Assembly: GCA_030265395.1 (NCBI GenBank)
Contig: JARFYF010000094.1
Span: forward strand, 68,166,280 to 68,230,193
Source of the DNA: Rhina ancylostomus
Taxonomy: Eukaryota
Direction of reading: 5' to 3'
Length of the DNA stretch: 63,914 nucleotides
The notes beneath the pieces are model-generated. The model worked only from the letters and a program-made list of their open reading frames with translations, was not told the origin of the DNA and ran no database searches. This document shows, piece by piece, positions 39,216-50,429 of this stretch. A program made the position numbers and the translations under genes. Positions within the stretch are counted from its first letter, which is position 1, and the number at the start of each line of letters is the position of its first letter.

Positions 39216-39348
39216 GTTTCAGGTCAATGGTCTTTCATTAGAACTGGTAAATGTCCTGATAAAAGATCACTGACCTGAAACATCAGTTCTGTTTCTCTGT
39301 CCATTGTTGCTGCCTGAGCTGCTGAGCAGTGTTTTCTATTTTCATTTC
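39215..39348. repeat. Right half of the Penelope-derived hairpin insertion
   Basis: tgtttcaggtcaatggtctttcattagaactgg...tgacctgaaacatcagttctgtttctc...gctgcctgagctgctgag, followed by accaatt (39349-39355). Confidence 0.75.
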
Positions 39349-40634
39349 ACCAATTTGGTAAGCTAATGAGAGCTTTGCAGGTATTACTGGGCTTGTGATT
39401 TAACTGCCTTTCTGTAATGCACAAATATGTTGTGCAAGGAAAAGAATTTCTAAGCCCTTGATTTTAGCTTCCTGTGGGTAAGGATGGGGGAGGGGGAAGC
39501 TTTGGTGAAGCAGATAAACTGGAAACCAAAAGGTGCTTACTTCTTGGATCCATCAATTCCTAAACTGCCAGGTGGCCAGTGTTAAGTTTAAATTATTGGT
39601 TAATTCTATGTTACATAATCTTCTGCACTATTATTTAATTCTGCTTCCTGCCAGTGAGCACCATCCCTTCATCTCCTCTGTTAAATCCAGACATGGGAAT
39701 GATGCTGTCAGGTTTTAAACATATAGCATCACATCCTATCTTACCCCAATCTACCCAGTTTTGGGCTCCGATATTTCAGTTGACCTAATCAACACTGTTC
39801 CGATGATATGTCTTTGACCTGAAATGTTAAATCTGCTCCCCTCCCCACAGATGCTAGCTGACCAGCTGAGTGCTTCTATCTATTTCTCGTTTTATTTTAA
39901 ATTTTGGGCATCTGCACCTCTTTGCTTTAAAATGTCAACTCTTTTCATAATCCTGAAATGCTTAAAAATGCAAGTGTCTGCAACACACATTGGCATTCCA
40001 ATGTAGCACACAGCCAAGACATTTGTGTAAATGTACCTGATACAATATGCTTATGCCGTCTGTTCTCTGTGTCAAAGAGTCTCAAACACATATCTAACAC
40101 TGACATAGGAGGCATTTTCTACTGCAGAATGCCACTGCAATTTATACAAGAACATGCTGATTTATTCTCTTCTGTGACAATTCAAATTTACAGATGACAT
40201 GATAATCCTAATTGATTGCATTCCATGTCATTGGACCCCTTCTCACATAGGATATTAATGGCATTAAATGATACCCACTAAGATAGGTCACAATGGCAAA
40301 GCTGCCTGATTGCCTACTAGTTGTGTGATAGAGCTCGTTAGCTGGAAGGATAAATGCTGCAGGACAGTATTGATAAGATACCAGCAGATTGCCATTAGTC
40401 CAGGAAAAGCTGTAGAGACGCTGTGGCTGTTCCTGTGTTCTCAGCACTCTATTCCTTTCATTGTTTGTGGGTTCAGTGCTAAATTCTCATGATAACAAAG
40501 CCCTATTATTTGATGCCATTGCTCTTGCTGTTTAAATCCTGACATTGTAATGGTATGCAACACCATCACTTATAATTGACACATTTTTTTAAAAACGGGA
40601 ACATTGGTAATATGAAGCAAATATGTTTGTTTTG

Positions 40635-40952
40635 AAATAACAACAGAAAATGCTAGAGATACTCAATTGGTCAGGCAGCATCTGTGAAGACAGGAGCAGA
40701 TAATGTTTCAGGTCAACAATGTTTCATCAGAATTAGAAAAATGAGTATACAAATATCTTCAAGTTGCAATGAAGGGAGGTGTCAACAGAACAAAGGGAAC
40801 GTCTGTGACAAGCTGGAGACAAAGATTGTCTGGATGAATCAATTGCTCTCAGTCCTATCTGGTTAATCTTGGCATAGGCTAGCCTGCGGATGATCTCCAG
40901 CATTTTTTTATTTCATATTTCCAGCATCTGCAGGTTTTTTTGTTGCTTTTCA
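40635..40952. repeat. Penelope-derived inverted-repeat element
   Basis: acagaaaatgctagagatactc...tcaggcagcatctgtg and the inverted arm ctccagcatttttt...tttccagcatctgcag. Confidence 0.7.
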
Positions 40953-43073
40953 ATACCTGTTTTGAAAGTTAAATATTTCCTCTGGTTCAAGGTGGAAAAA
41001 TTATGTAATTTATCATACCACTAAGGTTGATTTGTTAAATTAAATATTAACTGGTGTAGACCAACTGAAATTCCTCAACATAAATTGTAATAACCTCCAT
41101 TTTGCTGGGATCATCACCTATTCAATTACAGGGATTCTAAATTGTTTTTCTGTTCTAAAAAATTAGTAAGTTTTTCTCTAGGCAAGTTTGAAAGTAAACT
41201 ACATCTCAAATATTTTATATGTTACAACCTTGGTTCCCGTAATTCCTTTGAAAGAAGATAGGCAATCATTTCAAGTGGTTTCAATACAGCTGCTGAAAGA
41301 CAAAGGTCTGGGTGGAGTGTGGGGTGTACTCAGCAATTGTGTGGGGCTAGATTAATACTGGGCCGTTGACATGGTGTGGCTAGCAAGCTGCCTGCATGAC
41401 ATTTGCTCCCAGTGGATAGTTTGTTGACCTGTGACATGAATTAAGGTGAACTGGCCAAATATGAAATGCCTGCATCAATAACCATACAGGGGAAGGAATG
41501 AGAGAAAGTTCTTCAGAGGAGCAAGTAAGATGACCGTAGGATCAACAGAGGCAACAAAATGAATTTTAAATGCCTTTGAGATTGAAAATCTGGAACGTTA
41601 GGTATCATTATCTTTTCCAGAACTCTCTTTAGCCTTCTTTGTGGAAATGGTTGCCTTGCATCTTGTCACCTATGGCTGGTGGGTAGAAGCAAAAAGTTAG
41701 AGAGAATTGGTTGCCCAAGAAAAAACAACAACACGGTCCTAACTGTACAGCTGGACTCAGATTTGTAAATGTGTTCAAGCTTTCCATGAGTTTCAGCTGG
41801 GGCTCTGGTCACTAGGACGGAAACCAGGTAAAGCTGAAGGAAGGTACTACCTTGGGTAAGTTCATGCAATCTTGGTCAAGGGTCACCTTCATTTTAATGG
41901 TGAACACCCAATTTGCAAAATGAAAACTGGTCTCAACATTTTCAGCAGAGAGAATATATTTTAGTTTGTTCAAAACAATTAACAATATTTAAGAGGTCTT
42001 TCTTCATAAGAGTTGAATTTTTCAAGCATTGTTAGTAGAAGTTAACATTCAAGTTGCAGCTGTTCTACATTTAGCTGCTGAACTGTTTTGAGGCACTGGA
42101 ACCAAAACAGGATCTCAAATAAAGTCATGTAAATCAACACAGAGGTTGGAAAGTGGAAATTTCTGAACATGTCCATGCCATTTGGCTGATGAGGCATGCC
42201 AGAAAATCCTCTTGACAACAGAGTTTAGAGCATTTGGTTGGAAGTCTGTCATTTCATTTTTTGGACAGACCAATCCCTCTGTACTATCTGTCAGGGACCG
42301 AAATAAATCATGATCGGAGCACTTCAATTCTGTGCTTTTCAAGTGTGAACAAAAAGGGACAATAATTCAGCCAGTTCTGAATAAATTTGCACACTGTTTC
42401 AGAGAGTGATTAAGGATTGTTGGTGAGATATGAAAGGATTCTTGTTGGTCCAACGTGAGACACACTTTCAAAGGTGGTATGTTGCAGCAAACATGTCGGG
42501 CTTGACTCTTCGCCCTGGAAAAATAATAATGCTGGCTCTTGATGACAAAGTGAAAAAAAAGCATTCCATTTTCAACTCTGACACATTGAATGTGACTGAA
42601 ATTTATGAAAGAAAGCTAATATCCATTGGTGAATTGAAAATCTGTATTTTCCTCTAAATCCTGCAACTGGCCTGCACAGTTAGAAACAAGATAAATATCA
42701 CAGCAGATGGAATGAAACATATTAAGAATCATATTAGAACTGTAAGAAAAATAAATCCCAAAGCTTCTTTCTACAATAGAGGAATGTGGCTGACATCAGT
42801 TATGCAGTTCTCTCTTTGTTGACTGCACTTTTGAGTGTCAATGACCTGAGTTCAAGACAACCAGGGACTTTAAAGAAATATGAAAATGTGTGCCCATGAC
42901 CCTGGCATTTTTACAGCAGGAAACTGATATCACACGGCGGCACTGTATACCACAATATGGAGCTCAGCTGGTGTTCTGCTGGGCAGTATGTAAAAAATTT
43001 AAGAATGGAGGGAGAAAAGCATGAAAGCACTGGAGACATTCCTGGACAACACTGTAGATAATTTGTCACATAC

Positions 43074-43259
43074 CACACAATTTTTGTAAGGATTTCTCCG
43101 AGTATGTGTCACGATCACATCCCTTTCCAATGTGGCTGGTCTGAAGTTCTATTGCGGTCTGCACAGAAGATACTGGCTCACCACAGGTCTCCAAGTGGAT
43201 GCTGGGAAGCAATACTTTACTGCCAGATCCGGACTTGTATTCGACACGCTTATTCCAAC
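43074..43259 (-). CDS. CLSTN2: Calsyntenin-2 coding exon (exon 6 equivalent)
   Basis: 186 nt, tttttacag| ... |gtatgt. WNKRVEYKSGSGSKVLLPSIHLETCGEPVSSVQTAIELQTSHIGKGCDRDTYSEKSLQKLCG. Confidence 0.97.
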
Positions 43260-43367
43260 CTGTAAAAAACAAGATAACTTGAGCCTTTTCCTTTTTAATA
43301 AATCAACCAAAAGAATGCTGCCCTTCATGAAGATTAATCCAAACAATTAAAATATATAGTAAGATGA

Positions 43368-44110
43368 AATCATAGAATTATACAGCAAGGAAACAGGCCA
43401 TTAAGCCAAACCCATCCACACCAACTGGTGGGCACCCTTCTGTATTAATCCCATCACCTAACACTTGGTCTATAGCCCTCTATGCCAAAGCAGGTCAAGA
43501 GCTCATTAGACACTTCTTAAATACTGTCAGTGAGCCAGCTTCAACCACTCTCTCAGGCAGTGCATTCCAGGTAGTTACCACTCTCTCAGTGAAGAAGGTC
43601 CCCCTCATATCCCCTTTAAATTTTTTCCCCTTTACCTTAAACCTATGTCCTCCAGTTTTATCTACCTCTAATATGGGGAAAAGTTTCTTTCAGTTTACCC
43701 TAATAATTTTATATACCTCAGTTATGTTCCCTCTTACCTCCTCAACTCCAGGGAGAACAGAACTAGCTTCTCCAAAGTCTCCTCATAACTGGACTGCTTC
43801 ATCCCAGGGAATATCCTGGTGAATCTTCCCTATACCTTCTCCAGCAGAATCACATCCTTCCTGTATCTTGGTGACCAGAACTGCATGCAGTGCTCCATCT
43901 GAGATCTGACCAAGGCTTTATAAAGTTGGAGCATAACCTCCTTGCTTCTGTATTCAATGCCCCGACTAATGAAAGCCAGTATCCCATATGCCTTCCTAAC
44001 CACATTATCTATCCACATTGCTACCTTCAAGGATATATTAGAAGTCCCTCCGTTCTTCAACATTCCCTAAGACCCTATCATTCATGGTGCACATCCTAGT
44101 CTCATTAGTG
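43368..44110 (-). mobile_element. CR1 3' fragment
   Basis: VVRKAYGILAFISRGIEYRSKEVMLQLYKALVRSQMEHCMQFWSPRYRKDVILLEKV. Confidence 0.9.
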
Positions 44111-45642
44111 TTTGGATTAAAATGAAATGTTGCAATATTATTAATACCTTACGTTAAACAATTATTATTTTTAAAACTGTAGTTGTAAAACTATCCTGAA
44201 AAATATGGCTCCAACTCACACATTTCCACATAAAATTTAAGATAAATTCTATAAACTTCAATGAACAATGAAGATTAGTTCCAATTTCCCTAGAAAAAAT
44301 ATTATCTTGTTCATTTTAACGGACAAACATTTTCTTTGCAACAATGCATTAAAGGTATTCTGAGTAAGACTTCCTCTGAGACCATGCACATGAGAATTTC
44401 AAACTCTTTGTTCATATGTTTTAATATGGCTCTGTTCCTTTGATTGATCAATAACCTGTACATGAACTATTTATGTTCAAACTGGGTGGATGTAAACAAG
44501 CCCAATTTCCCACTGAGAAGAAATTCAAATGATTTTAATGAAATGTTTCTCAACAGTAATGTCAAATTCTTCTTCATGCATTTATCCCTTTATCACCTTA
44601 AAGCTTAAAAGCTATATAAAATATAGTCACCTCTGTCTGCCATAATGAAGGGGACCTTTGGGGGAATAATGGAATTGATCAGATAATCAATTTCCCTCAA
44701 ATGCTGGCATTATATATGATGTATGATATATGCACAAGAGATATGAAAATACAATAAACCAATATCGTACAACAATAAAGGAAAAATTATATAGTTTAAA
44801 AGTCTCAGTGGTTTGTGTCCAGTCTTCTGTGCAGGGATATAATAATTTATGTGCACTTGATGGAGATTCCATATAACATTAAATTGCAATAGAGAGCAAT
44901 ACAATTAAAAACTGAAACATTGATTTACAGTCTAGATTCTGCATGTCCCTTTATTACACTTTAAAATGCCAATAATTGATAAATTTGGAAACAGATACTA
45001 TAAGTAAATAATTCATTCTGGGATCCTAGTCATGCTGACTGCCTCCACAAGTGGGAGTATGATTGGACACACTAATGTCCATGGAGTAATAATGTGTCAA
45101 AGGAAGATAAATCCTGTCAGACTGCTCTATAACATTAGAATCATAAATTATAATTGCAATTAACAAGCATTCACCACCACCTCTCAGACAGCATCACTAC
45201 CATTTCAGTCATTCAGTCTCTACTGGTTTCACAGAAATGTCCTTTGTCTTTTCCATCCCACCCCTTCTCTGCAACTTTAAATGTATGATTTCTACATTTT
45301 GCTGGTTTTAATGAAAGGTCATTGAAGGTCGATGTTAATTCTCTTTCTTCCTCCATGGACGCTGCCTGACTGACTCGTATTTTGCAGCAATTTCTGTTTT
45401 TATTTCAGATGTCCAGTAACTGCAGTTCCTTGCATACTGTCTATTATTTCTTTTCTTAATAGCTGTGGTCAATTTCAATGAGAATTATGGTAATTAGTAT
45501 TTCATTGCCCAAAATAATATTGACCCAGTTGACATGCCTCCAAAACATCATTATGATCTCTAGCAGACATAGGTTTCTCTTTATTTTGAGGCACATTTCT
45601 GTCCACAAGTATTTTTCTGTCATTTGAATGAAAAAGCCTTAC

Positions 45643-45792
45643 CTTGCCAGCCAGGCTTGCAAACTGGCTTAATTTCAATGTGGACTAATACATCTTCTGA
45701 TGCTTCCTTTTGGCCACAATCATATGCTGTTACCATGAACTTGTATTGGTGCTCATTGTCATAGCTCAACTTCTCAGTGCTCCTAATATTAC
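45643..45792 (-). CDS. CLSTN2: Calsyntenin-2 coding exon (exon 5 equivalent), cadherin repeat 2
   Basis: 150 nt, ttttaccag| ... |gtaagg. GNIRSTEKLSYDNEHQYKFMVTAYDCGQKEASEDVLVHIEIKPVCKPGWQG. Confidence 0.97.
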
Positions 45793-46339
45793 CTGGTAAA
45801 AAGAATGGAATTATTGTTAATATAATAGAATAAATGTTTCCACGTAAAATATTAACAGTTTGTCGTAATTTTTCAAATACAATCATTATTTTACACTACA
45901 AATTAAAATTCTAAACATATCATTTTAATTCAGGAAAGAAATAGATGCCAAAAAGTAGTGAACCAATAATTCCCTTGTTGAGCTTGCTACATTGTATTTA
46001 CAAACTACTGGCTGAGGAATTCATCATAAATTTTCAAATAAACTGCATACCAGATGTGTTAAAAATTAATTTGTGAGAGAACTAGTCTCACTTTTTCATG
46101 ACTCTAGAATTTAATTGGAAGTGTTATGTTCCCTCGCACTTGATTGGCACTTACTCCACCCTAAAGATTCAATCATTCCACCACTGGTGCAGAGTGGCTA
46201 CAGTATGCATCATCTACAAATGCACTCCAGTTACTTGCTTATGCTATTCTGACAGCACTTCCCAAGCCCCTGTGCTCTAGCACCAAGATGGATGAAAACA
46301 GCTGGTGCATGGATGCACCACCAGCTGTGGGTTCTGCCC

Positions 46340-46812
46340 AAGAGCACAAAGGAGACTTACGACAATGTTGCTGGGACATGAGGGACTGAGTTATGGAGGG
46401 AGGTTGAGCAGGTTTGGACTTTATTCATTGGAACATAAGAAAATGAGGGGTGATCTTATGGAGCTGTATAAAATCATGAAGGGCATAGATAGCATGGATG
46501 CACTCAGTCTTTTCCCCAGGGTTGTGGAATCAAGAACTTGATGGCATAGGTTCAAGGAGAGAGAAGAGAGATTTAATAGGAACCTGTGGGACAAATTTTT
46601 CATCCAGAGGATGGTCAGTATATGGAATAAGCTGCCAGAGGAAGTAGTTGAGGCAGGTGCGTTAACAGCATTTGAAAGGCACTTGGACAGGTATGAGGAT
46701 AGGAAAGGTTTAGAGGGATATGGGCCAAATGAGGGCAAATGGGACTAGCTCAGATAGGAATCTTGGTTGGCAGGGACCGATTGGGCCAAATGACCTTTTT
46801 CTATGCTGTATG
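46340..46812 (+). mobile_element. CR1 3' fragment, inserted next to an older LINE tail at about 46110-46335
   Basis: EGLSYGGRLSRFGLYSLEHKKMRGDLMELYKIMKG, plus 3' UTR. Confidence 0.88.
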
Positions 46813-46859
46813 TCCACACCCCACAAAGATTTTGTTTTAAACTGCCACTTTTCCAAGAT

Positions 46860-47395
46860 GTGATGCTTTTCCCCAAGTCTAGATGTTTGCTCCATGAGAC
46901 TCCTCCCTCCACCATGGCCATTTGTCCACCCCACCAATCATTGCTTTTTTTAAATCCCTTTCCACCTGATGTCTTGACTTCCCCATTTTTTGAAAATCAT
47001 GCCCTGTACCAAATGTTCAAAACACTGACAATATTTTAAGAATGGCAGTGGTCCTAGTAACAAACCTCCAGAGTTCGCTTCTCTTCCTTCCAAGAAAGAA
47101 CCTTTCACTAATAATCTGTCACTTTGCCAACTTTCTATTAATGTTTCTACAGCCTCATTTATTCCATGACCTTCAACTCTGATCTCAAGTTTATTATGTG
47201 GTATCATATCAGGTACCTTTTGGAATTTCATACATCCTACATCAACTCAATTTTCCTCAATAACCCTCTGCATTACTTCATCAAAAAACACTATTATTAG
47301 TTAGACATGATTTGCAAATCCATGTTGCCTTTCTCTAATCAACCATGACACATAAGTGACTGCTAATTCTGCCCGTTTGTCGTTTCTGAACCTTT
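46860..47395 (-). mobile_element. Highly decayed CR1 RT fragment
   Basis: FQKVPDMIPHNKL..VEGHGI...IESW...LLLGPLPFL, corresponding to the CR1 pattern F.KAFD.VPH..L..K...GI..W..GPLLF. Confidence 0.65.
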
Positions 47396-47527
47396 TCCCA
47401 TTTGCTGTGGGATGCTGAGATGGGACAGAAGACATGGTCTTAAAGTTTTACAAAACAAGAGACATCTTACTTAAATTATTAAAAATGAGGTGCAAAATTA
47501 AACCAATTTTATTCTGTTGGAACTCAC

Positions 47528-47736
47528 CGTTCCTATCAATTGCAAAGGGTACATCAGGCGTAACAATTTCATAATTACAAATCTGGCTGTATTGAGGAGA
47601 GCAATCCTCATCCACTGCTTCCACCTGCAGTATGTTGTCATACAGCTTCCCTTCTGTGATCACACCTTTATACACCGTCTCTTTGAACACTGGTGCATAT
47701 TCATTGATGTCATTCACCTGAATGTGTACCACTGCC
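47528..47736 (-). CDS. CLSTN2: Calsyntenin-2 coding exon (exon 4 equivalent), cadherin repeats 1/2
   Basis: 209 nt, tttccag| ... |gtgagt. AVVHIQVNDINEYAPVFKETVYKGVITEGKLYDNILQVEAVDEDCSPQYSQICNYEIVTPDVPFAIDRNG contains the cadherin Ca-binding DxNE..P and AxDxD motifs. Phase 2 start matches the previous exon. Confidence 0.97.
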
Positions 47737-49223
47737 CTGGAAACAGATGACATCATTAGTGCTCCATAAATAGACAATATACCTACTAACAAAAATATTA
47801 TTATGATGTGTCTATCATCTATATAGATAAAATAAATGTACAGGAAGATTTGACAAGAGTCTTTAGTAAGAAAATTGAGACAATGCAAAATCTTTATGAA
47901 GCATTTGTTTCCAGACAATTACAAGAAAATGACATCTGAAGGGATAGGATAATTCAAAAAACAAGAAATACTCTTTGTGGCAATAAGTATTAAGGCAAAG
48001 GTCCGCTCTGGTGAGGTTATTAAACACTTTGGAGCAAAACTCTGAGAGGAAGCAGGGTTAGGATATGTTCCCTCTTCAGAGCACATATTTCTCTTTGCAA
48101 TTGTTTATGTTAAGTATTCCAATTTGTTTTACACCTCCACTAACTACCATCAATGAAATTAGCAGACTCTAAGCAGAATGGAGAAACCTGGCAAATGAAG
48201 ATCGAATGAACATTTCAAGCTTTATTCCAGATCATGAAAGAATTTTATGGTGGCTATCAATTAATGATGCCACAGGCTCACAGAATTATCCACATCTGTT
48301 AGTTGAAAAATTGTAAGTAATTATCGATCTTAACATTGTTTTATGTTATGTGGTGTGCTTGTTAGAAATAGCTGCCAGACTTGGCTTGACACAGTTAAGG
48401 AATGGATGAAACAGAAAGTGTTGAAATCACTGAGCAGGCTACTCATCACCTGTGGAGAGAACGGGTAACTGAGCCTCAGCTGAGATATTACCTTTGCAGT
48501 GATAAATCTGCCTCATCTACGCACATCATATTAGCCCTCTCACACTGGTGAGTTCAATCATTCCTCCAGAGCAAATACATCATTATGTACATTAAAGAGG
48601 GGCAAAATACGGCTTATTTTTGTTTACAATGAGCATTGATTATCCATTTAATATTTTATGGATGCAAACTGTTTTCCATCGATAGACTTACAGCTCCTGA
48701 CTGCAAGTGAATCTATATTCTTAAGTCTGAAATTTTAATTACTGTAAACTATTCAATGTCTTTCTAAACTAAATGTTGACACATATCACTTTACATTGAT
48801 GTCCTTGAACAGCGCTGATCATTATTCTATAACCAATGGGTGTAAAATGAGCTGTGAATTTAACATCGCCCATTTGGCACAACCACTGAACTTGAATTTC
48901 ACTTAAGGTTTACAGAATATCATTTGAGATCAAAAATATTTGGCATTGATATTTCACAGATTAAAAAAAGGACATNNNNNNNNNNNNNNNNNNNNNNNNN
49001 NNNNNNNNNNNNNNNNNNNNNNNNNNNNNNNNNNNNNNNNNNNNNNNNNNNNNNNNNNNNNNNNNNNNNNNNNNNAAAGGACATATGTCCACTGCAAGAT
49101 TGTAAAGTTCAACTGAAAATTGGCGACATTTCCAAGCCATTTCCTAACAGTATATTCCATGTCTCAATGTGCACTCTCAGAAGTAACAACTAAGCCTAAC
49201 TAAATCAGGGGCAAGTTACTCAC

Positions 49224-49419
49224 TTGTGTGATTTTTTCCAATAAGTTCCACTCGGCCTGGCTCCACAGTCATATGCCTGAATGATGAATGTGTATTCTTT
49301 CTGAAGCTCACAGTCGATTGGACTTTTTGCCTGCAGCAAACCTTCCCCAGATGTCTTGTTTAACACCACAGCTTCGAAGGGCACATCCTGACTGTGGATC
49401 TTGAAAGCACAGATCTCAC
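49224..49419 (-). CDS. CLSTN2: Calsyntenin-2 coding exon (equivalent to human exon 3), cadherin repeat 1
   Basis: 196 nt between ttttgttccag| and |gtgagt. Translates GEICAFKIHSQDVPFEAVVLNKTSGEGLLQAKSPIDCELQKEYTFIIQAYDCGARPSGTYWKKSHK, matching the recalled CLSTN2 sequence GEICAFKIHGQELPFEAVVLNKTSGEG... Not in the ORF track; found by manual translation. Confidence 0.96.
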
Positions 49420-49844
49420 CTGGAACAAAAGTTATACATCAGTGTGTAAACTGTGCAGTATAAATATAAGCACAAAAAATGAGTGCTTTTGCCAGAACTG
49501 AGTTAGCTACTCAGGACTGATTTACAGCTATGCCACTTGGCCATATTAGTCATTTGTTTTCAAACAGGTAGAAATTAATTGAGAGTTTACCCAAGTTTGT
49601 TTAATGAGATGTCAATGACTGCAAATGATCATTTCATAAGAACAAGGCATTTTGCCAGTTTGCCAATGGGTTGCACTTGAACTGGAGGGGCACCAATATT
49701 CTAGCAGGGATATTTGCTTTTGCCACCAGGGAGGGTTTAAACTAGATTGGCAGGAGGGCGGGACTCAAGAGAGTGAAGTCAGTGAGAAGACAGGGGTACG
49801 TGCAGCAACCAGAGAGTGCAAGCCTAGCAATCGAGATAGCCATG

Positions 49845-50429
49845 TGTATTGTGGAGGGTCGTGGCTGTCACGTGACAACACTACCCCTACCTGTCAGATG
49901 ACAGCACTGCCCATTACCTGGTCGAAAGACACGCCACTGTTAATCAAGGTTTGGCTCCACCCCACCCATCAGTCCACACCAGACCATCGGTCCCTTTAAG
50001 CACCTTTGTACTTGGCCTCGGGCCATTGGCCTGTTTGACCTACCTGGGCTTGACCCTCCAGCACTATAAAGAGTGCCAAATGTGCTTGGTTCTTTCTCCT
50101 TTTGTCTGAGGGATGCCTTGTTGGTAAGCTGTGCACTGTTTAAGAGAAATAAGTTAGGACTGCCGGCAGCATAGAGCTGTGCCTGCACTGGATCAAGGGG
50201 TAGCAGGTATCATATTGAGTGTTCCTTGATTTTTTGTACCCAGTTAGTTGTGTGTGTGTATTTTACCCTGTGTGATTTTCCCACGATCGCTATAAACTGT
50301 GCGTGTGTGTGTTATTCCCGTTACCATTTTCCCTGGTTTCTGTTTGTAACTAAAATCCTTCCTTGCCAGACTGTGTTCAGAGTCCTTCACTTTTGAGATC
50401 CTTTGAATCTGTTCCCTTCACTCACAACT
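49845..50429 (+). mobile_element. Probable solo LTR (585 bp)
   Basis: Flanked by direct repeat ccatg (49840-49844 and 50430-50434). Starts TGT. TATAAA at 50065, donor-like ggtaag at 50123, ACTAAA at 50349, ends cacaact. Removing it restores a continuous CR1. Confidence 0.7.
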
